Notes: generated from the sequence alone by a model not told the origin. 64,000 nt of DNA from Bacilli bacterium (GCA_050949315.1 JBMNFL010000001.1:128001-192000), one strand, 5' to 3'. Counted from the first letter of the stretch, positions 7,384 through 17,408 are shown. Program-made: numbers and translations.

Positions 7384-8724
7384 ATGAACTTAGGAATCGA
7401 GAATGAAACACTAGAATTCAAAAAATCCACAAGTGAATTAAAAGCTGCTATGAATGATATATGTGCAATGTTAAATAAGCACGGTTATGGCACATTATAT
7501 TTTGGTGTAAAACCTAATGGTCAAGTTTGCGGTCAAGAGATAAGCGCAAGTTCGCTCAATGATGTTGCTAGATGTATTAAATCAGCAATTAAACCCATGA
7601 TATATCCTCAAATTGATAGGGTTAATTTAGGTGGATTAGATGTGATAAAAGTAGAAGTCAAAGGAAATGAAAGACCTTATTCGTCCTATGGAAAATACTT
7701 CAAAAGAGTTCATGATAGGGCAGAAGATATTACTCCAGACGAATTAAAACATATGATGTTAAATAATGACTTTACTTCAATATGGGAAAATAATCTAACT
7801 CCATATGGATTAGATGATGTTGATTCAAATGCCCTTGAAAGTTTTTATAATAAATCAGTTGATTGTGGCAGATTGGAGCCATTAGAGAAATATAATGAAG
7901 AAGAATTGCTTGCAATTTTAGGCTTGTATAAAGATGGCAAACTAAATAATGCGGGTTATTTTTTATTCTCATCAAAAGAACCGGTTGTTTTAAAAATGGC
8001 TGTTTATGTTACTGATGCTAGACTCAATTTTTCGGATATAAATAGAGTTCATGGTAATATCTACAATTTAATTGATGTTGCAACTAAATATGTTATTAAC
8101 CATATGAATTGGAGAGTAGAATTTGATAGCAAAAGCACATCTAGAATTGAAATTCCAGAAGTACCAATTGTGGCGATAAGAGAAGCTGTGGTTAATGCTT
8201 TTGCTCATGCCAATTATCGTTCATTTACTGAACATGAAATTACCATTACACCAACTTTAATTGAAATATACAATCCCGGAGAATTTCCAGTGAATTACAA
8301 GCCAGAAGATTTCGCAACTAAAAGGATAGGTTCAATGCCCAGAAACAAAAAAATATTGGATGTATTATACAAGTCAAAGAATGTTGAAGTTCAAGGAAGT
8401 GGGTTGCGAAAAATATTCAATGAATGTAAAGAAAACGATACAAAATATGAATATGTCTTAAATGATTATGGATTTAGATTTGTATTCCATAGAAAAAATG
8501 TCACTGTAAACGTCACTCAAGATGTCACTGTAAAACTAATTAGAACCGACTATGAAGTTTTGAATTTATTGAAACAAAATCCTGAAAGCACGCGGGATGT
8601 AATGGCGCGGAAAATTGGCAAAACCGTTAGAACAATTCAAAGGTCATTAAACAGATTAACAAAAGCCGGGAAAATTGTTAGAATAGGTGGTGACAAGACT
8701 GGCTATTGGGAGATAATAGTCTAG
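7384..8724 (+). CDS. AlbA_2 (Schlafen-like) domain + ATP-binding (RecG-C/HATPase-like) + C-terminal winged HTH protein
   Basis: ENETLEFKKS...ICAMLNKHGYGTLYFGVKPNG (AlbA_2); AIREAVVNAFAHANY, IEIYNPG, PRNKKI, GSGLRKI; C-terminal HTH ...TVRTIQRSLNRL...IVRIGGDKTGYWEII. True start is ATG 7384 after AGGAG. Confidence 0.85.
   Translation: MNLGIENETLEFKKSTSELKAAMNDICAMLNKHGYGTLYFGVKPNGQVCGQEISASSLNDVARCIKSAIKPMIYPQIDRVNLGGLDVIKVEVKGNERPYSSYGKYFKRVHDRAEDITPDELKHMMLNNDFTSIWENNLTPYGLDDVDSNALESFYNKSVDCGRLEPLEKYNEEELLAILGLYKDGKLNNAGYFLFSSKEPVVLKMAVYVTDARLNFSDINRVHGNIYNLIDVATKYVINHMNWRVEFDSKSTSRIEIPEVPIVAIREAVVNAFAHANYRSFTEHEITITPTLIEIYNPGEFPVNYKPEDFATKRIGSMPRNKKILDVLYKSKNVEVQGSGLRKIFNECKENDTKYEYVLNDYGFRFVFHRKNVTVNVTQDVTVKLIRTDYEVLNLLKQNPESTRDVMARKIGKTVRTIQRSLNRLTKAGKIVRIGGDKTGYWEIIV
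8497..8532. repeat. Intragenic 3x 12-bp repeat (AATGTCACTGTA / AACGTCACTCAA / GATGTCACTGTA), the reverse complement of the promoter array
   Basis: Encodes NVTV-NVTQ-DVTV. ATGTCACTGTA is the reverse complement of TACAGTGACAT. Confidence 0.9.
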
Positions 8725-8780
8725 AAGGGAGAAAGTTATTCAGTAATCAAGGTGGACTCCACTGAATAATAGATAAAAAA

Positions 8781-9188
8781 ATGATAAAACACTTAGATGA
8801 ATTAGTTAGGCAGGCTAAGCTTGCTCAAGCCAAGGCTTATGCGCCTTATTCAAAATTTAAAGTAGGGGCAGCTCTTATGTTAAGTGACCATAATTATATC
8901 CAAGGAGTTAATTGTGAAAATGCCTCTTATGGTTTAACTTGCTGTGCGGAGCGAGTGGCAATTTATAATGCCATCACCCAGGGTTATAGCAAGAAAGATA
9001 TTTTGGCTTTGGCTATCGTTAGTGATTCTACTGGCGATACTAGTCCTTGTGGGGCTTGCCGGCAGGTGATGTTTGAACTCTTAGATCCTAAAACCCCAGT
9101 TTATTGTGTCAATGCTAAGAATGAAGTTAAAGAATATCAGGTTGAGGATTTCTTGCCCCAGCCTTTTAATGCCGAGGGTTTGAAATAA
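8781..9188 (+). CDS. cdd: Cytidine deaminase
   Basis: AYAPYSKFKVGAAL, ENASYGLTCCAER, SPCGACRQ. Confidence 0.97.
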   Translation: MIKHLDELVRQAKLAQAKAYAPYSKFKVGAALMLSDHNYIQGVNCENASYGLTCCAERVAIYNAITQGYSKKDILALAIVSDSTGDTSPCGACRQVMFELLDPKTPVYCVNAKNEVKEYQVEDFLPQPFNAEGLK

Positions 9189-9189
9189 A

Positions 9190-10074
9190 ATGGCTTTTAA
9201 ATCCGGCTTTGTCGCCTTGATTGGTCGACCAAATGTTGGCAAATCAACTTTGCTGAACAGTTTACTTGGTCAAAAAGTTGCGATTGTGTCGCCTAAAGCG
9301 CAAACGACGAGGAATGTTATTCGGGGCGTTTATAGTAATAGTGAGCTACAGATTGTTTTTCTAGATACCCCAGGACTGCACCAAGCGAGCAATGTTTTAG
9401 GCAAATACATGAATCAAAAAGCCAAGGCTTCTTGTTATGAAGTAGAGGCCATTTTACTAGTTGCTGATGCCAGCAAGGATCACGCTGAGGATTATGAGAC
9501 CTTAATCAGGGACATCAAAGATTTTAATTGTCCGCTTTTTTTAGTCTTAAATAAAATTGATTTAATAAGTAAAAATCAACTTTTAACTCTCACCGCTTCT
9601 TTTGCCGAAAAGTTTACTTTTGCCGGCATCATTCCCGTTTCAGCCCGCAAAAAAGATAATTTAGAACAGATATTAGTGGCTCTTAAGGAAGTTTTGCCAG
9701 AGGGTCCAAAGTATTATCCTGAGTCCACACTCAGTGATAATCCTGAAAGTTTTATTGTAAGTGAGATTATTCGGGAGAAGATTCTTTCTTTTACCCGTGA
9801 GGAAATACCGCATTCGGTAGCGGTTATCGTTGAGAAGATGACAACTACTAGTAAGGCTTTGAATATTTTTGCGACCATTATTGTTGAGCGCGAATCGCAA
9901 AAAGGGATTTTAATTGGTAAAAACGGTCAAATGCTCCGTAAAATTGGCACCAGTGCTCGCCAAGAATTAAGTAGGATTTTAGCAACGCCCATTCATTTAG
10001 AAACCTTTGTTAGAGTAGAGAAGGATTGGCGTAATTCTCTTCGTTATCTCAAAGAATTTGGTTATAGAGATTAG
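9190..10074 (+). CDS. era: GTPase Era
   Basis: GRPNVGKST, DTPG, NKID, KH domain. Confidence 0.97.
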   Translation: MAFKSGFVALIGRPNVGKSTLLNSLLGQKVAIVSPKAQTTRNVIRGVYSNSELQIVFLDTPGLHQASNVLGKYMNQKAKASCYEVEAILLVADASKDHAEDYETLIRDIKDFNCPLFLVLNKIDLISKNQLLTLTASFAEKFTFAGIIPVSARKKDNLEQILVALKEVLPEGPKYYPESTLSDNPESFIVSEIIREKILSFTREEIPHSVAVIVEKMTTTSKALNIFATIIVERESQKGILIGKNGQMLRKIGTSARQELSRILATPIHLETFVRVEKDWRNSLRYLKEFGYRD

Positions 10075-10076
10075 TT

Positions 10077-10799
10077 ATGGAAGAGATAGTTAAGGGTTAT
10101 ATTTTAAGAGCAGTTCCTTACCGCGAGAATCATTTGATTGTCGATCTTTTGACAGCGGATGGCTTAGTGAGTTTTAAGGCCCGGGGGGCTTTAAAAAGCC
10201 CTAGCAAGAGTCTTTCAGCAGTTCAACTCTATAACTATGGAGAGTATCAGTTATATGCGCCACGAGAAGGAGCGAATAAAACTTTGGTAGCGGCTGAGGT
10301 TAAGGAGCGTTTACCTAGCCTTTTCAGCGATCTACAAGTCCATGTCTTACTAGCCTTACTGACAGAGACGATTTATAAGAATAAAGAGAGTGAAAACTGG
10401 TATGATGTTTTTACTTTTTTCTTTCAAAAACTTAAGGAAAAGCGGAATTTAAATGCGGTTTTTCTCGTTCTTTTAAAATACAATACCATCTATGCGGGCA
10501 GTTATCTTGGTGCCGATGGCTGTTTAGTTTGTGGGACCAGCAAAGATATCGTCAGTGTTTCTTTCCAAGATGGTGGTTTTTTGTGTGCCACTTGTTGTGA
10601 AAAACTTCGGCGTTATCGCCAAGATGCCTTATATTTACAAAATTTTCGCTATGTCGTGAAGGCCAATTATCAACAAGCCTTTACTTTTAAAGTCCCTTCA
10701 GCTGTGGCTAAGTCTTTAGCAAGTGATTTTTTTAAGCACTTAGAGAATAATTGTGGTCTTACTTTTAAATGCCGCGAATTAGTTGAAGATTGCCTATAA
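10077..10799 (+). CDS. recO: DNA repair protein RecO
   Basis: Position after era; YRENHLIV N-terminus; CLVCG...GGFLCATC zinc finger. Confidence 0.9.
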   Translation: MEEIVKGYILRAVPYRENHLIVDLLTADGLVSFKARGALKSPSKSLSAVQLYNYGEYQLYAPREGANKTLVAAEVKERLPSLFSDLQVHVLLALLTETIYKNKESENWYDVFTFFFQKLKEKRNLNAVFLVLLKYNTIYAGSYLGADGCLVCGTSKDIVSVSFQDGGFLCATCCEKLRRYRQDALYLQNFRYVVKANYQQAFTFKVPSAVAKSLASDFFKHLENNCGLTFKCRELVEDCL

Positions 10800-10874
10800 T
10801 ACACTTATAGTAGGTTGACAACCTCGCGCGCCCATCCGTATGATGGGGGATGTGCAAATGAGGTGCTTTTTATT

Positions 10875-12242
10875 ATGGAAAAAAATTTTGACAAGATTGT
10901 CAACCATGTGACAAATTCTGGTTTTCTTTATCAGGGTTCGGCCATTTATGGCGGCCTTGCTAATTCTTGGGACTATGGGCCCTTAGGTACGCATTTAAAG
11001 ATGAATATCAAAAAGCTCTGGTGGCAGAAGTTTGTTCAGGAGCAGGAACTGAATGTGGGTCTTGACAGTGCCATTTTGATGAATCCCAAGGTTTGGGAGG
11101 CTAGTGGTCATCTGGCGAATTTTGCCGATCCTTTGATGGACTGTAAAAACTGTAAAGCCCGTTTTCGGGCCGATAAATTAATTGAGGAACATGATCCAAC
11201 TATTGTCTCTGATGGTTGGTCAAATGAAAAACTTTTTGATTATATTCAAAGTCATGATATCAAATGTCCAAAGTGTGGTTCTAAAAACTTCACCGATATT
11301 CGGAAATTCCAATTGATGTTTAAAACGCATCAAGGGGTGGTTGAAGATTCTAAAAGTGAGGTTTATCTGCGTCCAGAAACCGCCCAGGGCATCTTTGTTA
11401 ATTTTAAAAATATCTTAAGGACAACACGCAAAAAAATACCCTTTGGTGTTTGCCAAATCGGTAAGGCCTTTCGTAACGAAATCACGCCAGGTAACTTTAT
11501 CTTCCGTACGCGGGAATTTGAGCAGATGGAATTAGAGTTCTTCTGTGCTCCGGGCACGGATTTAGACTGGTATCGCTACTGGAAAGATTATTGTTGGTCA
11601 TTCCTAAATTCACTGGGAATTTCCAATGAAAAATTAAGAATTCGCGAACATAGTAAAGAAGAACTGGCCCACTATTCTAAGGGAACCAGTGATATTGAAT
11701 ATCTTTTCCCCTTTGGTTGGGGTGAGGTCTGGGGTATTTCGGATCGCGGTGATTACGATTTGAGCCAGCACAGCAAGTTTTCAGGTGAAAAATTAGATTA
11801 CTTGTCCAGTGAAACTAATGAGCGTTTTGTTCCCTACGTTGTTGAACCCTCTTTAGGGGTTGATCGCTTATTATTAACCCTTTTAGTTGATGCTTATGAG
11901 GAAGAAGAATTAGAAAAAGATATGCGGATAGTGATGCGTTTCCATCCCTTGGTCGCCCCAGTTCAAGTGGCGGTTTTCCCACTTTCTAGGCAACTGAGTG
12001 AAGGCGCCAAAGAGGTTTTTAACGCCTTAACCAAACTCTATCACTGTGAATATGATGAAAGTGGTAGCATAGGCAAGCGTTATCGCCGTCAAGATGCTAT
12101 TGGAACACCCTTTTGTGTTACTTATGATTTTGAGAGTAAAGAAGATGAGGCGGTTACTGTAAGAGAAAGAGATTCGATGAAACAGGAGCGCGTTGCCATT
12201 AAAGATTTAAAAACCTATTTAGGTGAACGTTTAGTATTTTAA
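10875..12242 (+). CDS. glyQS: Glycine--tRNA ligase (homodimeric alpha2 type)
   Basis: IYGGLANSWDYGPLG, YLRPETAQG, FRNEITPGNFIFRTREFEQMELE, GSIGKRYRRQD. Start ATG 10875. Confidence 0.97.
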   Translation: MEKNFDKIVNHVTNSGFLYQGSAIYGGLANSWDYGPLGTHLKMNIKKLWWQKFVQEQELNVGLDSAILMNPKVWEASGHLANFADPLMDCKNCKARFRADKLIEEHDPTIVSDGWSNEKLFDYIQSHDIKCPKCGSKNFTDIRKFQLMFKTHQGVVEDSKSEVYLRPETAQGIFVNFKNILRTTRKKIPFGVCQIGKAFRNEITPGNFIFRTREFEQMELEFFCAPGTDLDWYRYWKDYCWSFLNSLGISNEKLRIREHSKEELAHYSKGTSDIEYLFPFGWGEVWGISDRGDYDLSQHSKFSGEKLDYLSSETNERFVPYVVEPSLGVDRLLLTLLVDAYEEEELEKDMRIVMRFHPLVAPVQVAVFPLSRQLSEGAKEVFNALTKLYHCEYDESGSIGKRYRRQDAIGTPFCVTYDFESKEDEAVTVRERDSMKQERVAIKDLKTYLGERLVF

Positions 12243-12256
12243 GAAGGAGTGAATTG

Positions 12257-14050
12257 ATGGGCAAGGTTGATTTTGATCAAATTAGACGGCAGGTAAACAT
12301 CGTCCAAATTATCAATAATTATGTGCCTTTAGCTCGGCATGGAAGTGGCTATGTTGGGCTTTGCCCCTTTCATAATGATAAAAATCCCTCGCTTCAGGTT
12401 TCTCAAGAAAAACAAATTTATAAATGCTTCTCCTGTGGAGCAGCGGGGAATGTCTTTACTTTTGTCCAGAATTACGAAAAGATTCCCTTTATCAATGCCG
12501 TTAAGAAAGTTTGTGATATCGCCGGTCTTAAGGTTGAAGGTTTGGAAGAGAAAGAAGAAGGGCCTAGTTTTAGTCGCTTAGAAACTAAACTTATGCAACT
12601 GCTTCAAGATTTGACCATTTATTATAACTACCAGTTGAAGGTCGATATTGGAAGCGAGGCCCTAAGTTATCTTCACTCTCGCGGTTTAACTGATAAAGAA
12701 ATTGAGGATTTTAAAATTGGTTTTGCGCCCTCTGATGGCCATCTTACGGTTAAGTTTTTGCAGAGCAAAGCTTACAGCCTTGATGAGATTATCAGTGCTG
12801 GTGTTGGGGTGGAGATTAGTCCAGGTGAAGTGGTTGATCGCTTAAGAGGACGTCTTATTTTCCCACTAACAGATACTTATGGTCGCCCTATTGCTTACAG
12901 TGGTCGCCGCTTAAAGAAAGAAGATAGCGAGCAGAAATATATCAATACACCTGAAACTTTACTGTTTCATAAGAGCGATGTCCTTTATAACTATCAGCAA
13001 GCCCTTAATCATGCTCGTCAGGAAGAAGCGGTCTATGTGGTTGAGGGGTTTATGGATGCTATCACTCTAACAAGGGTGGGTTTAAAGGCCGTGGTGGCCA
13101 CGATGGGCACGGCTTTAACTAATGAACACTTGCGATTGTTGCAGTCCTTAAGAAGCGAGATTCGTCTTTTCTTTGATGCTGATAAAGCGGGAGCAACGGC
13201 TACTTATCGCACATTAGAGGCTCTGAGTCGTACGCGCTTGAAGGTAAGGGTTGTTAAACCTTTAGTGGGAGTTAAAGATATTGATGAACTCTATCAAACT
13301 AAAGGTGCGGCTGCCGTTACTAAGGCTGCTAAAGAGACGATGGGTGCCATTGATTTTGTCCTTTACTATTTAGAAGGACAGCATAACTTAGAAAATCATG
13401 AGGATTGCAAGCGATACCTTAATAAAGCGAGCACTTATCTAGCCGGTTCCCAGATTGATGATCTGGATCGTGAACATTATATTAATTTACTGAGTCAGAA
13501 GACCAAGTTTAGTAAAACTTTGATTCAACGTTTAGTTAAGGGGGTCCTTTCCAAAGCGGATAGTAAGATGGAGAAGGTCTTAACTAGCAATAGAATTAAA
13601 AGTCAAAGGCAGAGCAAGAATCTCAATCGTTTTGAACAGGCCGATCATCAGATTATTCAATTACTACTAACTGATGGTTGGAATATTGTAAAGTTTGATA
13701 GTCTTGGCATTTCTTTGTATTCTAAGATGTGTCGCGATTTAGCCTCATTGATTGTCCAAAAATATTGTGAGTCAAAAGGTGATAAAAAGGTGGAACTAGC
13801 GGATCTTTATAGCGCGATGCCCCAAGAGATGATCACCTTAGTAAACCAAATTATGAGTGAATCTTATCCCCCCTCAAGCTTAGATGAATTAGCTAAAGTG
13901 GTGGTGGATGATTTGGCCTCTAAACGCCATGAAAAGAGTTTAGAACAGCAGATTTTAGAAGTTGATGATTTAAAAAAGCAGACGGAATTAGCCGAAGAAC
14001 TAATTAATAAACGTCGGCTTAAAAGTAGAAGAATTAATAAGGAGGATTAA
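12257..14050 (+). CDS. dnaG: DNA primase
   Basis: CPFHNDKNPS zinc finger, KYINTPET, VVEGFMD TOPRIM. Confidence 0.97.
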   Translation: MGKVDFDQIRRQVNIVQIINNYVPLARHGSGYVGLCPFHNDKNPSLQVSQEKQIYKCFSCGAAGNVFTFVQNYEKIPFINAVKKVCDIAGLKVEGLEEKEEGPSFSRLETKLMQLLQDLTIYYNYQLKVDIGSEALSYLHSRGLTDKEIEDFKIGFAPSDGHLTVKFLQSKAYSLDEIISAGVGVEISPGEVVDRLRGRLIFPLTDTYGRPIAYSGRRLKKEDSEQKYINTPETLLFHKSDVLYNYQQALNHARQEEAVYVVEGFMDAITLTRVGLKAVVATMGTALTNEHLRLLQSLRSEIRLFFDADKAGATATYRTLEALSRTRLKVRVVKPLVGVKDIDELYQTKGAAAVTKAAKETMGAIDFVLYYLEGQHNLENHEDCKRYLNKASTYLAGSQIDDLDREHYINLLSQKTKFSKTLIQRLVKGVLSKADSKMEKVLTSNRIKSQRQSKNLNRFEQADHQIIQLLLTDGWNIVKFDSLGISLYSKMCRDLASLIVQKYCESKGDKKVELADLYSAMPQEMITLVNQIMSESYPPSSLDELAKVVVDDLASKRHEKSLEQQILEVDDLKKQTELAEELINKRRLKSRRINKED

Positions 14051-14056
14051 AAGAAT

Positions 14057-15289
14057 ATGGCAGAGTTAACAAAACGTGATTATGATGATGAGGTTGAGAG
14101 TTTAGAAGAGATTATTAAGCGCTTTGATAAACTGGCCAAACTCAAGGGGAATGAGATTATTTTAAGTGACTTAAACGAGGCGGTCGCCCAGTTTGATTTG
14201 ACTGACGAGGAAAATGATGAGCTTTTAAAACACTTCACCGATCAAGGTATAACCATCGTGAACGATGATTTAGATGAAGAGACATCCTTGGATGATATTG
14301 ATGCTGATTTAGCCAATCTAGATGATATCCCTGAAGCCGATGTTGATGATGATCTTGACGACCAAGCCCTTGAAGATAAGGAGCGTCTTTCCTATATTGA
14401 GGAGGTCTTAATTGATCCGGTTTCCTCTTCCTTGCAAACCGATGTTAAGATCAATGATCCTGTTAAGATGTATTTGAAAGAAATTGGTCGTGTTCCTTTA
14501 CTTGACAAGGAAAGTGAGGTCGCCTTAGCTGAAAGAGTGGCGCAGGGCGATGAAGAGGCCAAAAATATTTTGATTTCCTCCAACCTGCGTTTAGTGGTTT
14601 CCATTGCTAAACATTATATTGGTCGCGGAATGTTGTTTTTGGACTTAATCCAAGAAGGAAATCTTGGTCTAATCAAAGCCAGTGAGAAGTTTGATCCATC
14701 TAAGGGTTTTAAGTTTTCAACTTATGCGACTTGGTGGATTCGTCAAGCGATAACTAGAGCGATTGCTGATCAGGCAAGAACCATTCGGATTCCCGTTCAC
14801 ATGGTTGAAACAATTAACAAGATGACTAAGGTTCAACGGGCTTTGGTTCAAGAATTAGGTCGGGATCCAACTGCGGAAGAAATCGCTGAAAAAATGGGCT
14901 CAGGCACTACACCTGAGCGGGTGCGGGAGATTCAAAGAATTGCTTTAGAACCTGTCTCTTTAGAAACCCCAATTGGTGAAGAAGATGATTCGCATCTAGG
15001 TGATTTTATTGAAGATAAGGATGCGATTTCCCCAGCCGAATATGCAACTAATGAATTATTAAAAGATGAACTCTATAAGGTCATGGGCGATTTAACCGAT
15101 CGGGAAGAACGAGTCTTACGTTTACGCTATGGTCTAGACGATGGTAGACCTCGGACTTTAGAAGAGGTTGGCAAAGAATTTGGTGTTACTAGAGAAAGAA
15201 TTCGGCAGATTGAAGCCAAGGCTTTGCGCAAGTTACGTCATCCCTTACGGAAACCGCGTTTAAGTGATTATTATCGGGGGAGTCGTTAA
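14057..15289 (+). CDS. rpoD: RNA polymerase primary sigma factor
   Basis: [51 protein letters not shown]. Confidence 0.98.
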   Translation: MAELTKRDYDDEVESLEEIIKRFDKLAKLKGNEIILSDLNEAVAQFDLTDEENDELLKHFTDQGITIVNDDLDEETSLDDIDADLANLDDIPEADVDDDLDDQALEDKERLSYIEEVLIDPVSSSLQTDVKINDPVKMYLKEIGRVPLLDKESEVALAERVAQGDEEAKNILISSNLRLVVSIAKHYIGRGMLFLDLIQEGNLGLIKASEKFDPSKGFKFSTYATWWIRQAITRAIADQARTIRIPVHMVETINKMTKVQRALVQELGRDPTAEEIAEKMGSGTTPERVREIQRIALEPVSLETPIGEEDDSHLGDFIEDKDAISPAEYATNELLKDELYKVMGDLTDREERVLRLRYGLDDGRPRTLEEVGKEFGVTRERIRQIEAKALRKLRHPLRKPRLSDYYRGSR

Positions 15290-15954
15290 TGCTTTTATCT
15301 TTGCGCCTGCAAAGAGCCTATGAATTTTTAGAGCCCGAACTGGTTTTAGCTGATGTGGGCTGTGATCATGCTTTTTTAGCTATAGAGGCGGTTTTGCGTT
15401 CCAAAATTACTAAAGCTTATGCGATTGATAATAAAAAAGAACCGCTTAAAAGAGCCGAGCAAAATATTCGCTTCGCAGGCTTGGAAAATCAAGTTTTCCC
15501 CTTGTTAAATGATGGTTTAGAGAATTTACCCAAGGATGTTAGACAACTCAGTATCTGTGGTCTTGGTGGCGGCCTTATCGCCAGCATTCTTGATCATGAA
15601 AAAATCAAACAAATACAAGTTCTTGTTTTAGGCACTAATAAGGATGCCTTATTAATTAGAAAGAAATTAGAGGAACTGAAGTTTCAAATTATTGATGAAG
15701 ATATAGTTTATGAAGATGGTGTTTTTTATGAACTTATCAAGGCGATTCCGGGAGAAAGCAGGCTTGATGAACGCGAACTTTATTTTGGACCGATTTTACG
15801 AAAAACCAAGAGCAAAGTTTTTGTTTCAAAATGGAAAAAGTATCTAGATTATCTTGAAAAAATCTATTCCAAAGTTCCTGAAAAACATCAAGAAAAACGT
15901 TTTAGTTTGGCTCAAGAAATCCAATTAATAGAAGAGGAGATTAATGATTTATAA
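15289..15954 (+). CDS. trmK: tRNA (adenine22-N1)-methyltransferase
   Basis: ADVGCDHAFL, ICGLGG; position after sigA. Confidence 0.9.
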   Translation: MLLSLRLQRAYEFLEPELVLADVGCDHAFLAIEAVLRSKITKAYAIDNKKEPLKRAEQNIRFAGLENQVFPLLNDGLENLPKDVRQLSICGLGGGLIASILDHEKIKQIQVLVLGTNKDALLIRKKLEELKFQIIDEDIVYEDGVFYELIKAIPGESRLDERELYFGPILRKTKSKVFVSKWKKYLDYLEKIYSKVPEKHQEKRFSLAQEIQLIEEEINDL

Positions 15955-15956
15955 AA

Positions 15957-17321
15957 ATGAATTTCCAAGATTTAAAGTTATGTAAAACGAGTTTAGAATG
16001 TTTAGAAGACTTAGGTTTTAAGGTGCCCACTGCTATACAAAGCACAGTTATTCCTTTGGTATTAAAAGGCCAAAATATCTGTGGACGCAGTCCAACGGGC
16101 TCCGGTAAAACCCATGCTTTTCTGTTGCCGATTTTGGAAAAAATCGACCTTAATAGTTCGACTTTACAGGCTTTGATTTTGGTGCCTACTAGGGAACTTG
16201 CTCGGCAGATTTTTGAGATGCTAAAACCCTTTTGCAAAGCTTTTACTGACTTAAGAGTACAGTTGCTTGTAAGTGGTAGCGATAGGCAGAAGAGTATTGA
16301 GGAACTTAAGAAGAATCCTCACATAATTATTGGAACACCAGGAAGAGTTACGGATCTAGCCTTTGATGCCGCCCTTTTTGCTTTTACCAATTTAAAAATC
16401 TGTGTCCTTGATGAAGCCGATATGATTTTAGAGAGTGGTTTTTTACCAGAACTCGGTCAAATTTTAGGGGTCTTAAAAGAGACAACGCAAATTCTCTGTT
16501 TTAGCGCCTCATTGCCTGAACAATTACTACATTTTTTAAATAAATATGTAAGACATCTTCAATATATCAATTTAGCGGGCGAGGCCATTACTGCTCCTAA
16601 CGTTTCACATATCGCCTATCCTACACGTCACCGTGATCGTTTGGAAATCTTGGATACATTATTAAAACAAATCAATCCCTATCTAGCCTTAATTTTCGCT
16701 AGTCGGAAAGAAAATGTCGTTAAGATTTATCAATATCTTTTAAATAAGAACTATGATGTGGCGATGATTCATGGCGACTTAAGTGCCACCAGTCGACGGA
16801 CAACGATGAAACGCATTCGGGCTGGGCGCTATCCGATTGTGGTTGCTAGTGATATGGCAGCTCGCGGTTTAGATCTAGAAGGGGTGAGCCAGGTTATCAA
16901 CTATGATTTACCTTATGAGGAAGATTTTTATTTCCATCGGGCGGGTAGGACAGGACGTCATCAAGCCACGGGGCTCTGTTATACTCTTTATGATAAAGAT
17001 GATCTTGATAAGTTGCTTTCCCTTAGCAAAAGGGGTGTGGATTTTCTCCATCAAGAACTAGTTGAAGGTCGTTGGCAGGAACTTAAACCCCTGGTTAAGA
17101 AAAGACCGACCAAGCGAATAACTATGGATAGTGAGATACAAAAAGTCATTAGTCGTCATAAGAAGGGTGTCGTTAAACCAAATTATAAGAAAAAACTTAA
17201 GCAGGAAATTGATGAAATTAAAAGGAAACAAAGACGAGCAATTATTAAAAAAGACATACAACGGCAAAAAAATGAACGTTATCGACAGGTAGCTAAGCAG
17301 AAAAAAGAAAGCCAATTATAA
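15957..17321 (+). CDS. cshB: DEAD-box RNA helicase (CshB-like)
   Basis: TGSGKT, PTRELA, DEAD, ARGLD, HRAGRTGR, VKPNYKKK basic tail. Confidence 0.85.
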   Translation: MNFQDLKLCKTSLECLEDLGFKVPTAIQSTVIPLVLKGQNICGRSPTGSGKTHAFLLPILEKIDLNSSTLQALILVPTRELARQIFEMLKPFCKAFTDLRVQLLVSGSDRQKSIEELKKNPHIIIGTPGRVTDLAFDAALFAFTNLKICVLDEADMILESGFLPELGQILGVLKETTQILCFSASLPEQLLHFLNKYVRHLQYINLAGEAITAPNVSHIAYPTRHRDRLEILDTLLKQINPYLALIFASRKENVVKIYQYLLNKNYDVAMIHGDLSATSRRTTMKRIRAGRYPIVVASDMAARGLDLEGVSQVINYDLPYEEDFYFHRAGRTGRHQATGLCYTLYDKDDLDKLLSLSKRGVDFLHQELVEGRWQELKPLVKKRPTKRITMDSEIQKVISRHKKGVVKPNYKKKLKQEIDEIKRKQRRAIIKKDIQRQKNERYRQVAKQKKESQL

Positions 17322-17408
17322 CTATAAACCAGTGATTATAATGGCTTTTTTTGTTAAAAACACGAATACTCATTCACAATGTTCCGCGTGCGTACGCGAT
17401 AGTTTTGT

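Noticed and set aside
8470-8532. Intragenic inverted array acting as an antisense promoter
   Set aside because: For the copy I checked (GTGACA at 8499-8504, minus strand) there is no credible -10 at 16-17 bp spacing.
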